A stretch of 64,000 nucleotides of DNA from Eledone cirrhosa (Eukaryota), in NCBI GenBank assembly GCA_964016885.1, contig OZ024743.1:63116001-63180000 (forward strand), given 5' to 3'. Both the position numbers and the translations under genes were made by a program. Of the stretch, positions 28,660 to 43,955 are shown one piece after another. How positions within the stretch are numbered: position 1 is the first letter of the stretch; every line of letters starts with the position of its first letter. The notes below the pieces were generated by a model. That model worked only from the letters and a program-made list of their open reading frames with translations, had not been told where the DNA came from and did not search any database.

Positions 28660-30100
28660 TTATTCCTGAGAGGGTCGTGAGAGCAGAGTTCTCAAACACT
28701 CTTTTCAGAGGGTCTCCAACTGATCCAACTGGATCCCCAAGCAAGACCAGCCAAACCCATGGATGTTATCCTACCATCTGGCTTGGGGTCTATCCCTGGG
28801 TCTTACCCAAGATTCATGACAATAAGTATGGGTTGGCATAAATACTGAATTGAAGATATGCAGTTTGGCTTTTACACCTACCCCCCTTCTTCAGATTACT
28901 CAATGCTGAAGCTGGCACATTATTGCACCTGCTCCTGCCATTCTTGCACTTAATTCAGCCTCCTTCCTTCCATCACTCATGAACACAACCCTGAGATACT
29001 TGATCTTCTCCACCTGCTTCAGTTGAACTCCATTGTACATATAGAGTGCACTGCGCAGGCTTCCTTGAGGGGAAAAGTGTCTCCGTATTCGCAACACTGA
29101 TTTTCATTCCAGCCATGCAGCACTCAGCAACAAACCTATCAACTGCAAGTTGGAAATCATCATCTGTCGAGTTAAGTAACACCATATCCTCTGCAAATTC
29201 CTGTCGACTGATTTTATACCCACCAGTTGTGATACCACTTCCAACCCAGCCGCACATGTCAATGCTGTTCATTAAAATAATGAACAGGAGAGGTGTCCGA
29301 CGGAGTCTGACTCCCACACTGAATGGTTTCGATTTAACACCATTTATCTGAACACAAATACTCAGGCATTCGTATAGAAACATCTGGGCAGTTGACAACT
29401 GATTCCATACTCCTGCAGAACCTTCTACAGCAAGTCCTGAGGAACGCAGTCATATGCCTTTTCAAGGTTGACAAAACAAGAATATACCTCTCGGCAATAC
29501 TGCCACGATTTCTCAAAGACCTGCTGCAGTGTGAATATTTGGTCGACTGTGCAGTGTCTGGGGTGAGAACCACACTGTTCCTCAGCTAGCTTGGACCCAA
29601 CAATTTCCCTGCATATCTTTGCCAGACACTTAAAATAGTTTTTACTGGGGCGGCTTAACAAAGAGATCTTTCTGTAATTGGAACAATCTCTCTTGTTTCA
29701 TTTTTTGAAAATTGGGATTATCACTCCCGATTGCCATTTCTTAGGTACCTTTCTAGAGATCCAGACCACCTGGCATACATGAGTCAGCCAGAGAATACCT
29801 TCTCTATTTAAGGCTTTTTAACATCTGGGGTCAGATTTCATCTTCTTCAGAGGCCTTGCTAACATTTTAGCTCTTTGACTGCTCTTGTGACCTCAGCCTC
29901 TGGGAGATTAGTCATTGCTCCCAGATGTACCTCATGTACATCTGAAGACACTGTTGTGATCAGGTTTAGGAGATCAGCAAAGTATTTTCTCCACCTCACG
30001 AGGATACATCTCTCTGAAGAGAGAACTCCAGGTGCATTCTTGATAGCAGGTGTGGAGGAGGAGTTCTTATTATGAAGTCGGTGGATGGTCTACCAGAACA
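28660..30100 (-). mobile_element. Degenerate RTE LINE fragment (RT)
   Basis: VDQIFTLQQVFEK, FVNLEKAYDCVP, FAEDMVLL, VEKIKYL; many disablements. Confidence 0.85.
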
Positions 30101-32049
30101 GCTTTGTTAATTTTTTAATTCCTGACGAATAATGAGAAAGTCAGTTATTTTTCTAAATTCCTTATAAACTTTGTTATTTTCTAAATGATTTGAAAATCAT
30201 ATTTTTCAACAGAAATATGGTAATGAAAAGCTTAACCCTTTAGCATTTACATTACTCTATATATACTATTGTATTTTCATGATAAAGGTTTTATCTCACA
30301 TAATATCAAGTCTATGAGATATTGACATTATTTATTTTGAGAACAACACCTTAACGTAAGTATGAGCGGCTGGTTATGGCCGTTTTGAACAGAAAGTGAG
30401 AAAATTCTGGCCGGATACAGCCGGTTTAAAGGTTATGAATATGAAGTATTTAGACAACCAGAGGCTAAATGGGTGAGCATTGCAACACATTGGGGGCTAG
30501 ATAAAAAGTTATTTACAGTTTTATTGAATAGTCAGAATTGAATTAATTAGACATTTCCAATTCGCAATTTATGAAAGCACATGGCTGAATAGTTAGGGTG
30601 CTGGATTCATTCATGTTTGTAAAGGTTGTGAGTTTGGTTTCTGAACTGACAGACACATTGTATCCTTGAGCAAGACGACTTTATTTCACATTGCAGCAGT
30701 CCACTAGGCTTGAAAAATTTAGTTGCAACAACACTGGTGCCAAGTTGTATCAGCCTTTGCCTTGAATAACATCAGTGTCATAAAGAGGGAAGACTTTCAT
30801 GCATGGGTGACTGTCGACATTCTGCAAAACACCCTGCCCAGTCTTGTGCCTTAGAAAAGCAAACCATGGTCAGTCAGTCATGGATGCAGAACTCATGATC
30901 AGTCATAACTGGGGGGGGGGGGGGGGGGGTCATTTCCTTATTACACAATTAAAACATACAATTCTCAGCCTCTTCTCGAAAATCTGAGAAATACTCATGC
31001 AACATAACATACGTAGAAACAGAAAACGAACAACAATTCATTTACAGCTAACAGTACTGACAACATAAATAAAAGTTTAGAACAATGAAAACATGGATCA
31101 AGAACCTTCACCTCTTTCATACCAAATCACCCTTGGTTGTTTAATATACAACTGTTTGTTTTTAAGTGTTTATATTTATTTAAAAACCATCCATTAAAAT
31201 TTTATATAAGAATATTCCAAAGTCATTTATATAAGAAGATCTCTTAAAATTCTTGATTAATTTCAAAATGTCTAACCCTTGCTAGCAAGGAAAATGGATG
31301 TTAGAGAATGATGATGATTACCAAGTATGCTCACATTCTTGATACTTTTCGAAATTATAAAAAAATAATGCAGTGATTTTCGTTAGAAATATGGTAATGG
31401 GAGGGTTAATATTTATCTAAAAACTGCTCATATAATGTTATAGAAGAACTTTTGTTAAGCTATGTTCCAAACACAAGCTTAATAATGAGAAAGTTACTCT
31501 ACAAGATCCTTTCAAATTCTTGATCATTGTTAAAATTAACTACTCAAAAAATGTTGCCCATGCCTGGTTTAAATACTAGGTATGTAAAAGAAAAGTAAAT
31601 TGATCCTCTGTTGGTTTCAGTAATCTGTATGTATGCCAGTTGGACATTCAACTTAACTACTTGCTCATTCCACAAGCCTATACCCATAACATAATTCTCA
31701 GGCAGAACCAGTATGACAAAGTGTGTGACTAGTTGGCCCTTTGAATTACAAATGCAGTTTATTCAACAGGCTTCCACACAGTTTCTGCCTACCCAATTTC
31801 ACCCACAAGGCATGGCGGGTTGACCATGAAGCTACAATAAACAACAACTCGCCCAAAATGTCATGCAGTGGGACTGAACTTGGGATGAGGAGGAGGTGTG
31901 CTTGTGAAGTGAACTTCTTAAGCCCTCCCTCATTCTTGTGTCCACTACTTGGTATTTACTGAGAATGATTCAATCTATTATACTGACACCCTAGAAACTT
32001 GAGGCCACATAAAAAATCAATATCTGTTTTGAAGGTTAGTTGCATAGTT

Positions 32050-32165
32050 TGTGTGTAGTGTAACAGCTGTTATGATTTAGAGAGCTATGTGTGTAATGTA
32101 ACAGCTGTTATGATTTAGAGAGCTTTGTGTGTAGTGTAACAGCTGCTATGATTTAGAGAGCTGTT
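32050..32165. repeat. Minisatellite, three units of about 37-38 bp
   Basis: TGTGTAGTGTAACAGCTGTTATGATTTAGAGAGCT repeated. Confidence 0.85.
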
Positions 32166-33904
32166 TTGGGGGTGGTTCATAATTTGATATCAAGTAAATA
32201 GGCCCATTGTTGGTTCTGAAGATGAGTGTTCCAGTTGTTTGAATCAATCAACGGAATAGCCTGGTTGTGAAATTAATCTGCATCTAGCTGAGCATTCCAC
32301 AGACATATGACCCCTTAATGAAGTTCTCAGGGAGATTCAGCGAGACATAACAAAGCCTGACCCTTTGAATTACAGCTACAACTCACATTTTCCACTTGAA
32401 CTGAAGAAATGTGAAATAAAGGGTCTTGCTCAAGAGCAAAATGCTCTGCTAGGAATTGTGCTTACAATCTTACAATCATAAGCTTAACACCCTAACCACT
32501 AAGCCAGGCACCTTCACAACACAGGACAGATATTAAGGCCAAGGCAATAGATGTTGTTGTTCAGTGTAAATCTATCTAATATATTATTTGTAGACTATTG
32601 TCTTTCTCTCACCCTTTTTCATGTTGAATGCTATGTCAATGTAAGAAGATCAGCTTAATAGCTAAATATCATTGTTGACCTAAATTATGATGGAAGAGAA
32701 TGTGTGAAATAACAGTATAACCATAATTATAATGATTAATTTCTTCCTTAGCAAGATAGCACAGAGTTAGAAAAAAATAGATGTAACAGAAAAAGATTGG
32801 AATATGTGACATCCTCATTTACATAATTATTTATAGAATAATCTAATAGGAATAGAAATTGATCAGATTCTAACTATGACAAACCACTCCAGCTTTAAAC
32901 TAGCTTGTTTTGAAAGGATTAACTCATTTGATACAAAACTGACTGGCATGGGTCAAGAGGCACTCTTCAGCTGTGTGATGATGATGATGATTATTATTAT
33001 TATTTTCCAATGTTGGCATGGGTTTTGTATGTGAATTTTGTAGGCAGTTTTTTTACATCCAAATGTCACTAGATGCCAACCCATACGAATAAAAATGATG
33101 CTGGTGATGATAATTAGAAATTACAGATTTGTTTGTTTATTTCATTAGACTGAAGGCCCAAGGAAATTAACTTCTACCATTTTCTATTTTAGAAAAAGAG
33201 AGGTTAGCAATAGGTTGGTATCCATCAAATAAAATAACACATACAGACACAAAAAAAGAATTGCTTTGGAAGCATGATGCTATGAAAAATTGTAACAACA
33301 ATAAAATTCTTTGCAATTATGCTAACATGGAAGAAATATGTGAGTGGAGTGAATACAAACTCATCTTCTATGTTTTGTTATGTCAGTTATTAACATCAGC
33401 CAAAAGTGTAAAATAACACATAGCCATTAACATTTATAAAGATGATAATTTCTAACAACTTTATTATAATCACTGACCTCTTGATGATGATATTAATGAT
33501 GGCCATTGCTTTCTAAACTAACAGCAGAAACAAGGAAAGAACTGGATATATATATATATACTTAGATGAAAGCCACCAAGTATACCTAAGGCCCACTGAA
33601 GGACATACAGTCAAACATCTAGAGTGGCACCACAACAAATAGCTGCACCAACTATCAGTACAAGACTTGAAAGAAATATGTACTGGGATGGATATGATCA
33701 ACTAAATTCCTTTAAGACAGTGCCCAAGCACGGCCACAGTCTAGTAGAATAAATGAAATCAGTAAAATAATAAAACTTAAACTCTTAACATTATAAAGCT
33801 GGCTAACTTGCTAACAACTTTATTAACCACTAGCATCCCCGCTGCATACAAAACTGATAAGGGAAATGGAGGGAAATAATTGGGTACAACAACAATAATA
33901 ATAA

Positions 33905-34125
33905 TGATTTCTGATTTAGGCACAAGGCTTACAATTTTTTGGGGGAAGGGGCGAGTCAATTAAATCGACCCCAGTGCGTTATTGGTGCTTTATTTTATTG
34001 ACCTTGTCAGGATAAAAGACAAAGCTAACCTCAGACTGTATTGAACTCAGAATATAAAGGGCCATAACTATGCCGCAAAGCATGCTGTCTGATGCTTTAC
34101 TGACGCTGCTAAGCCATCGCACGAT
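33905..34125 (-). mobile_element. tRNA-derived SINE, same family as 28244-28437
   Basis: Colinear with the other copies. Confidence 0.7.
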
Positions 34126-34788
34126 GATAATGGCCTGACCTTAACTCCTGATAGAGTTGTAAGGGGTATCGTAGTAATACATGACAACATTGGCAGAGCT
34201 CATCTTTCTCCGAGGTCTGAACACAGCTGATTTCTTCCAGAGAAAGAGAGAGGAAGAAACAAGCCTAGTACTGAACTGGTACTTTTATTATGAACCTTGA
34301 AACGACGAAAGACAAAATTAACTTTGATGGGATTTGAACTCAGACAGCAGGAAGCAAGAATAAACACCACTGCTGTATAAGAATCATCTAGATGTCAAAA
34401 TACACACGATTAATAAGTTCAATCAGAGATGAAAATGATTAATGTAACAACTTAACTAGCTATGTTGTTGTTTGTCTTTCTTTGCTTCTAACTTTTGTAA
34501 CATTTATAAATTTCTGAAGAAAAGCATGACTATCACAATATGCTTTTTCGTTTTTCCTGACTACCTGAAACAGGACCAGGTTTTATGATACAGAGCTGTT
34601 TAATTTAAAGTGTTTATAATTGTCTATAAACATTCCATCAGAATCTTATGTAAGAAACTAAGTTGTGTTCTAGACACCAGCTTAATAATGAAAAAATTAG
34701 TCATATTATGAAATCCTTCAAAATTCTCGATTATCTTCAAAATGACTTCGAAAATATTTCCCTAGAAACATCATAATCAGAGAGTTAA

Positions 34789-34991
34789 CCCTTTTGATAC
34801 CAAACCACCTGAAATTATCCCTGGTTCTATGTTTATTTTAAAGTGTTTTCGTTTATCCAAAAACCTTCCATCATGATTTTATGTACAAGCCGTTGTTAAC
34901 TTATGCTCTAAAACACCAGATAAATAGTGAGAAAGTTTGCTATATTACTAAATTCCTCCAAATTCTCAATTATTTTCAAGTAACAAAAGGG
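34789..34991. mobile_element. piggyBac-type MITE
   Basis: TTAA|CCCTTTTGATAC ... GTAACAAAAGGG|TTAA; abundant family in the window, e.g. 43563-43818, 47066-47476, 53921-55148. Confidence 0.8.
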
Positions 34992-35150
34992 TTAATGTAC
35001 GTAGATTTTTTTTTTTGAGTAAGCAAAAGTAGGATTATTTTTTTTTTTGCAAAACGAGTAGGACAGTGAGATATTAATGAAGAAGAAATTAGTATCTGAG
35101 ATGTACCATTGGCTACCATGTTTATCTTGTTCTAGCTTTTGTGTGGGTTA

Positions 35151-35405
<255 letters not shown>

Positions 35406-35657
35406 TTACCATAAAAATATAAGAGCTATACTTGTTTTGATGTGAAGGTATATGGCTTAGTGGTTAGGGTTTTCATCTAATGATTGTAAGGTTGTCAGTT
35501 GAATTCTCAGTGGTGTGTTGTCCTTGAGCAAGACACTTTATTTCACATAGCTTCAATCCACTCAGCTGGAAAAAATTGAATTGTACCTATAATTCAAAAT
35601 AGGCTGGCCTTGTTACACTTGTGTCACAGTGAATCTCCCTGAGAATTATGTTATGGG

Positions 35658-35689
<32 letters not shown>

Positions 35690-35832
35690 GATGATGATGA
35701 TGTACAAATGTTTGTTGAATGCTCAGCCAAAGAAAGAATCCTAAACTAAATGGACTGATTTCCAGAACACTAAAATATTTTGACTTTATTTCTATAAACT
35801 TCCATCTAAGATAAGTAAATCATTTGAAAATT

Positions 35833-36270
35833 TTGGGAGTGGGGAGATCCAAGAAGACCTGGAATGAGGTGATAAAAACTGACCTTGCCCAATTTGATCT
35901 CTCAAAGTCGATGACACAGGACCAAGACCTCTGGCGTTACGCAATAATACAGAAGACCAGAGTTCCCATGGGTACAAGCCGAAGCTGAAGCATATAGACA
36001 ATATGCCCCCATGACCTTTCCGCTGTAAAGTGGTCGTGTAGGTGTCACGACAAAAAAGCACCCAGTCCACACTGTAAAGTGGTCATGTAGGCGCCACAGT
36101 AAAAAGGCACTCAGTACTCACTGCAAATGACGTTGGTATTAGGAAGAGCATCAGGCTGTAGAAACCGAGCCAAAATCAGTCCTGTATGAGCAAGATACAG
36201 TCACCTGACCTAGCATTGCTCACATGCTAGCGTGGAGACATCAACGTAAATGATAGTGATGATGATGATT
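35833..36270 (+). mobile_element. RTE 3' end fragment
   Basis: VGRSKKTWNEVIKTDL; UTR colinear with 58310-58757. Confidence 0.8.
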
Positions 36271-37767
36271 CTTTTATAGGTGTACATATCATCATCATTA
36301 TCATTTTTATGACCGTTTTTCCATGCTTGCATTGGCTGGACAGGTCATTTTCAGCAGATCATTTCGCCATTCTCCACGTTCTTTTGTCATCTCCTCTCTG
36401 AGTCTCAGCAATTTGAAATCAGCTCTCACCACATTTGCCTAGGTCTTTCTTGGTCTACATCTACTGAGGCTTATATGCATGTGTGTATGTATATATCAGA
36501 CAACTACAAACACAATTTATTAGGTACAATACTTATGAATTATGTAAGGTTTTTGAAGTGCAAGTTTTAAATCTGTGTTAATTTCAATCATGACAGAGTA
36601 GTTTATCAGTTAGGCCATGGAACATCTATCAAAGCTATATATTGTTCTTATCTACTAGACAGGTTATCATAATGAATCTAAATAGGGAGGGTGCTGAAGA
36701 TAAGCTCCGGGCAAGTTAGGGTAACCATTTGGTTTTAACTCTTGGTTCTAACCATTCCATTTTGCTGCACTCTTTTGATACCAAACTGCCCGATAATACA
36801 GAATTTATTTTAAAGTTACTTTTTTTAGATACAGTCTATTATTTTCACATAATTTTGAAAATAATCCAAATTTTATTTGGGAGAGTGGGGTGGCATTTAA
36901 TAATGTAACGAACATTCTCATTATTAAGTTAGTGTTTGGAACATAAATGTTCTTACATAAAATTATGATGGATCATCTTTTTGAAGTTACTTTTTCATGT
37001 TGGCATAAATTGTTAAATCTATGCCAACATGGCGAAGCAGACATAAAATGATGATGCTTATATTTATCTAAAAATATTTTATGATAATTTAATGCAAGAA
37101 CCTTTGTTAAATTACATTCCAAACACCATCTAAATAATAAGAAAATCACACACATTATATATATATATAGATAGATAGGTAGATAGATATGAGAAGTTAG
37201 GTTATAGCTTTTCTTTTAGAAGGAATGATGGATTGATAAGAAAATGTGTTTGACTTCAGTCAGCTCCAATGAGTGCTTCAGTAGAAGTCATTTCTATAAT
37301 AAAATAAAGATACCTATACTCTACTAACGTATTGAGCACCTTTTTTAACTGTGGTCACCTCCCGGTATACATTGGGAAACCACCTGTTATATATACACAT
37401 AAATTTAAATAAGTGTAAATATTTGGAAGCCCGATATTGCATTTAAATTCAAATTAAATCTACCAGCCATCAACAACTCTTCTCCAATTGCTCTCCCCTA
37501 CACATAGATTCTCTTGATAATGGATGGTAAATCCGAAAATATTTGAGATTAATAATATTGAAAGCAGGGAAAAGCAGACGTAAAATGATGATGATGAATA
37601 TTGCTAAGGTAAAATTCTACCATTTTCACTCTTTTCTCAGTCCTTTTCTTTAACCCCTATTACTTTGGCACTTTTAATCTCGCATGCATTGTTGGGCTCC
37701 CAAATATTTAAACTTTTTAAATTTGTATTTCTTATTCCACAATGCTTCAAGCAAACTACAACATTGT

Positions 37768-37799
<32 letters not shown>

Positions 37800-38071
37800 T
37801 CATATAACAGGTTGCAATCTGTTGCAGCACTTTGCATCTTCTTTGAAGTTTGCAAAGTCTTTTAAGCTGCATGGGTTGGATGGCAGAGAGCAGGTGAGGC
37901 TGTGCTCTATAGTCTGTGCTCTATAGTTTGTCAAGTAATATTTGGTATTGTCTGTGAATTCTACCAAATACTTTGAAGTATACCTGGAAGGTAATAATGA
38001 TAATGGTGATAACAGTACATAGTATCTATTACAGAAAAACTTGGGTGGGAAAAATAAAAATCAAGCCAAAC

Positions 38072-38187
38072 CTGTTTCCCGAAACATCCATCACATGAAG
38101 TTCTTTCAAATTGCCCAATTCTTGAGGAAGTCGAAGTAAGCGGTTATCTCGTAAAGATAAGACCCCAAGTTTTGAGCATTTTCCAAT
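38072..38187 (-). CDS. scrib: Scribble-like LRR exon
   Basis: tttag / gtttgg; 116 nt, phase 0->2; IGKCSKLGVLSLRDNRLLRLPQELGNLKELHVMDVSGN. Confidence 0.9.
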
Positions 38188-38974
38188 CTAAATAAAGCAG
38201 ATAACAGCAAATCATATAAAAATAACTATAACCAATTTAAAAAAAAAATAAAAAATAAAAAAGATAAAAAGAAAAGTGAAAACAAACCAAAGTTAATGCA
38301 ACTAACTGGCTTTTTAAGGCAATTTTCCCTGCTAAAGCAGGGGTTAACCTTGTGGACCCCCATGAAAGACTCCATATTGACCATGACGTCCTTTCTGAAG
38401 AAATGTTTTACAGTTGAGTGCCCTTCCAGGCATCAACCTTTTTAGTTGTCATTTACGACATGCAAACAGCAACAGATATAAAAGAATATGTTTCATTGTA
38501 TTTGTAACTGTCATAATTTTGACATGGTTTAACTGGTTGGATGCCTTTCTTATTGCTAACTTTACTGTATGGATTGGGTGTGTTTTACCATGCCAACTAC
38601 ACTAAAGATATCCCTCTACACTGTATCATCATCATCATTTGATGCCCATTTTAACTGTTAGAAAGGGTTGGATGGCTCATCACAGACCAAGTCAGCACTC
38701 ACACAGAACCCCAGACTTCTCATGTAAACCAGGCACCACATTGTGCTAACAGAGTGCACTGGATGCACTATATTGTAGAATCAGCAGTAGGGTGGTCATC
38801 ATGTCTTTGATACAACTGAAGAGTCCTCTTAATCATTTATTTGGCAAGTTTTCTATGATTGGATGCCCTTTGTATCACCAACAATTACTGCTCTCCTTGA
38901 CAAGCTGCTTTCACAACAGCTTGTGTAACCCATAGCTTCCCTTTCAACCAGTTTGCAATATTAAAATCATGATG

Positions 38975-40410
38975 TTTCTTATTTCATTATACAAGAAAGG
39001 GCAGTGAATTGACAAAAACATTAAAGTATAGTGGAGTGGGAGTTGAGTAATACTCATCTCTGTACAATAGGAAAGGGTTCTCTCTAGATTGTAGCTCATA
39101 TAGAGTAATTAAGCTATTCGAACATGCTATGAAGGTATTGGAAACAAGGTTAGAGAAGACAATAAGAAACAAAGTAAGGATGAAATATAGTTTGGATTTG
39201 TGCCACAAATTTTATTGGTAAGCAGTGACAGAAATATTTTGGATTTTTTTAGAGAAAGCTAGGGTTTTACATGAAGAAATGTGAATCATTGAGAGAGTTA
39301 GGAGTGGAGGAATGGATGGTTAGAGTAGTAATGACAATGTATGAGAAAGTATGTACAATAGTAAGGAAGAAGGATGAAAAATGTGGCGAGCTTGAAGTAA
39401 AGGTTCCAGTGCCTCACGGTTCAGTATTAAGCCCACTACTATCTGTAGTTGAGATAGAGTTACTGGTTCAAAGTGAAAAGGAGAGTTTACAATGTATGCA
39501 GATGACTTGATGTTAACAGAGTATGGATTGACTGAGGGAGAAGGTGAATATTTTAAAGGAATGTATGGAGGCAAAAGGTATATAGGTGAATATTGGAAAG
39601 ACAAAGGTGATGGCAAGTGGTAAAGCATTTAAGATGGAAAGAACAGGAGAGGTGTTGGAATTCACTCCATTCAATGTGTGATATGCACTGAATGGGTACA
39701 TTGAAAAATTGTGGTGTGAAAGGAATTATTAAATAATGTGACAGCTATATTTAAGTGTAAAGTGTGTGGAGAGAGCTACAGATGAAGAGGATGTTGAGCT
39801 GGATCTTGAGAATGGCATGGAGATGGAAAGTGTGAAAAATGTTTTGTTACGCTGGAGACATTTTAAATGGAAAGGGAGGATCAAATTCTGTGATGGCATC
39901 TAGAGTGAGGTGTGCATGGAAGAAGTTCCAAGAACTGAGTGGTGTGCTAATGCGGAGAAGAGTGCCTCTGAAACTAAATAGAAAGGTGTGTGCTGCATGT
40001 GTAAGAATTGCCATGATTTCTGGCAGCAAGAAATGGGTGATGAATGTGGAGCAGTAGTGAAGATTGGAAAGAAAGGAAATGAGAATAGGCCAGTGGATGA
40101 TCGTAGTATCACAGAGAGGAAAACAAACATTGAATTGCAGAGGATGATGGGACTAGAACCAGTGATGAATGTTGTAAAGAGAAAAGGAATGAGATGGTTG
40201 GGTCATATGTTGAGAAAGGATGAAAAGATTGAATGTGGAAGGAAGTATAGGAAGGGGAAAACCAAGAAATAGGTGGCTAAAAATGATGGAGAAGGAAATG
40301 AAAGCCAGAGGATTGGCATGGGTAGATGCAGATGATGGGAGAAAATGGAAAAGCCCACAAAGTTAATCCCAGCTTTAGCAAGGAAGATGGCCTGAAAATG
40401 TTTGTTGTAG
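38975..40410 (+). mobile_element. Old degenerate RTE LINE fragment
   Basis: LRELGVEEWMVR, HGSVLSPLL, YADDL, RVRCAWKKFQEL, MRWLGHMLRK. Confidence 0.85.
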
Positions 40411-40629
40411 TAATAGGAAGTATGTTTTGATGTATAGAAACAGATTCCATTTGGTATCTACTTACTCATACAATATTTCATATTGTATTGGAAATTTCAG
40501 CCCCACGAAAGTAGTATTCATTTCATTTAATAATTAATCCCATAAATTAAACCTAAAAATATAGTCTCAAATATTCAACTTTTACATGACTATATAAGGT
40601 AATAATGATAATTCTAATGATAATAATAA

Positions 40630-40850
40630 AAGTTTCTGATTTAGGCATAATGCCAGCAATTTGAAGGGGAGGGGAAAGTTGATAAAATCAACCCCAGTAC
40701 TAAACTGGTACTTTATCTTAACCCTAGAAGGATGAAAGGTAAAGCTAACCTCGGCAGAATTTGAACTCAGAATATAAAAGGACATAACTCTTTACCGTGA
40801 AGCATAGTATTTGACACTCTACCGATACTGCCAACGCACAGCCCTTGATA
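40630..40850 (-). mobile_element. tRNA-derived SINE (Meta-domain-like family)
   Basis: Colinear with 28244-28437. Confidence 0.7.
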
Positions 40851-40895
40851 ACGATAATAATAAAATATTTTGACAAAACTAAATTGTCTACGAAC

Positions 40896-40979
40896 CTCTA
40901 TAGGAATATCTGTCAGACGGTTGCGGTCAACATTGAGATTGTTCATATTTCCCAATTTCCCAATGGTTATTGGCAGTTC
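40896..40979 (-). CDS. scrib: Scribble-like LRR exon
   Basis: ttttcag / gttcgt; 84 nt; ELPITIGKLGNMNNLNVDRNRLTDIPIE. Confidence 0.9.
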
Positions 40980-42573
40980 CTGAAAAATAAAATAATAAAT
41001 CTGAACAACTGATATAGATATATATATATATACACACACATACATACACATATACCCTCACATCATCATCGTTTTGAATCTATTTTCTATACTAGCATGG
41101 GTTAGTTGGGTTGTAACATTTTGAGTCTAGGCAAGTTAGATGACTGCATCTCACTCATATGTTCTATTCTAGCATTGTTTCTATGGCTGGATGCCCTTCC
41201 TGAAGGTAACCACTCTACGGTGTGTATCAAGTGTGATTTATCGTGGCACAGACCTTCTGCCGTTCTTATCTTTGACATAGCAAAATAGCTGAAACTTGAT
41301 GTTTAAAGAAATTAAAATTTGATTATCCTCACAGTAAATTATTTTATCCCTCCTAACTTCTAGTTTTCCTTATTGTTTTACAATTTAATTTCATGTAAAT
41401 TTTATTCTTAATAACAATGAAAAGGTTCAGAACATTTTATTAATTATATATTCATTTTTTACAAACATTTTTTTTTCTTTTTTAAAAATAGCTATGAGTA
41501 TCCAGTTTAGAATAGGTTCACCATATCAACTATGACAACAAAAGGGTTCAAAAATATTTCAGATTTATATTCATTTTTCTATTAAATATTGTAATAGTTG
41601 TTTTTATATTGTTGCAATGGTTTAGAATAAGTATGCCATATCACTGCATGTTGTAAGAGAGGACTAAAGGAGTTTATGTCAAGAAGGGCCTGGCTGTAAA
41701 TCACTGCCTCGTAAAAGAAACCACGAGGCCCTCTGCTTTAGCAAAGAAAATGGCCTTAAAATGCTTCTTGTTGTATGTTAATTTTTAAAAATCGGAAGAT
41801 CTTCCGAAGAGATACCCATTTTTGACTGGGTTGATTAGAACAAATTCAGCAATGAATCTTGCTTGCCAGTACAACAAAATGCTTGAAATAAGGTAATACT
41901 GATTATAATTAAATAAGTTTAATAAGCTTGGAGCCAATAGTAATTCAACCCTTTATCTTTAGTTACTGCGAGATAGCCTCTGTCAGTTTTGACAATCAGC
42001 ATTCAGTCATTTGAACAACTGGACATTTGAATCATTAATTAACATTAATTAACTATAGGTGGTTGAATATAAAATTCAAGCCAACATGTGATAAGGTTCG
42101 ACCTTAGAACTACAAGTACAATCCATCCAATAGGTTTCCACATAGTTTCTATCTACTCAATTTCCCTTGTAAGTCTTGGGTTGGCCCAAGGCTATGCTAA
42201 AGGTACTTGCTCAAGATGTCAAGCAGTCATGTCTATGTATAGATGTTTATTTAGCTTGCAGTGAATAATAATTCAGCCGTTTAACCTCAGTTACTGTATG
42301 TCTTATAATATTTAGATAATTCAATTTAAAAATAAAATAAAAAAATAATATACAGCTAACCCATATCTCATAGGGCTCTAGTCTTATCCTGAAAAGCAAT
42401 GTGAAATGAAGCATCTTGCTCATGAGCACAATATGCTATCCAGTCAAGGAATTGAAAATATGACCTTATGATTGTGAGTCCAACACACTAACCGCAATGC
42501 TACATGCCTTCACTGAATTAAGAAGATAATTAAGTAGGTAACAATTTGGTGAGTTATCAGTAAGTATACTTAC

Positions 42574-42619
42574 AGTCAAGAGATTCTCAGTCAGAATCAT
42601 TTCTTGGAGAGATTCACAA
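42574..42619 (-). CDS. scrib: Scribble-like LRR exon
   Basis: tttcag / gtaagt; 46 nt, phase 2->0; NCESLQEMILTENLLT. Confidence 0.88.
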
Positions 42620-42694
42620 CTGAAAGAAGAAAACAAGTACAACAAATATAGTGTGTGTGTGTGTGTGTGTGTGTGTAAGTATATATATATAGTA

Positions 42695-42748
<54 letters not shown>

Positions 42749-42826
42749 ATGGAAAAACAAAATAAACACAGGAATATGCAAAAATACAGTTATATTAGAT
42801 TCATGCTTGGAGGAAGTGGAAGAGTG

Positions 42827-42860
42827 TTCAACATTTCAGACAGAAGTTCTTCATCAGGAA
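42827..42860 (-). ncRNA. Minimal type I hammerhead-like motif
   Basis: TTC-CTGATGA-AGAACTTCTGTCT-GAAAT-GTT-GAA, followed by an AT-rich tail and a TA tract. Confidence 0.5.
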
Positions 42861-43955
42861 AATTCAGATATGGAAAGAACAGGTAGAAGTATAAGTAATG
42901 TGTGAAGGTTAGGAAAGGAAATTAGGAAAAGGGGGTTGGGATGAGAAAGATAGGTAGGGGGAGGTGGGCGAAAGGTCTAGACTGGGGGTGCAAAAGTGGA
43001 AGGTACAGGGATGTAATGGGTATCGTTGTGTTTGTGTGTGTGTGCCGAAGGGAAGAAATTGGTAGATGCACGTGGCTTCAAATGATCCCACTTAATGTGA
43101 AAGCAGAAATTCATTGCTTAAACTGTTCTGTACTAATAATATATATATCATCATCGTTTAACATCCATATTTCACGCTAGAATGGGTAGGATATATATAT
43201 ATATATACACACACACATACAGAGAAAGAGAGTATATATAATACATAGTAATATAGTACATAGACAGTATATACAATATATATCTAGTATATATATGATA
43301 CACAGATAGCATATACAATATATATATGATACACAGAGAGTATATATAACATATTATAGAGAGCTAATCCTGTTTTTTTTTAAATATTTGTTATGAATGA
43401 CGAAGTTTCCCCAATGTTCCCAGATTGTCAAAACAGTTTTGATAAGTCAGTAATATGAGCAAAATTTCCAAATAAACATTGACTATTAATAACAAATATT
43501 ATAGTGAATCTATACAGTGTATGTGTCCTTAATTCAGTACATGTTTAGTGTATTTATTATACAACTCTTTTGTTACCATGCTTCTAAGGAAATCACAACC
43601 TATATGTTTCAATTAATTTTGAAAATCACCAAAAATTTGGAGGAATTTAATAAAATAGTCTTTTCATTATTAAGCCTGATGTTTGGAACATTACTTAAAA
43701 ATTTCTGAAAAAAAAAAAAAAATTGACTGAAGGTTTTAATATAGACATGAATATTTAAAAAAGGGGGGTTTTGTATCATAAAACTAGGGTGGTTTCAGGT
43801 GGTTTGATATCAAAAGGGTTAATATAAATTAGAAATTTATTAACTTTTGTGAAGATATTAGATAGTTATGTTTACAAAATATGTTGGCTTCTGTTCACAA
43901 ATATTAAATTTTGTTAAGTTGTTAGACAGTTGTGTATATTAAAATCGATCTGTTT

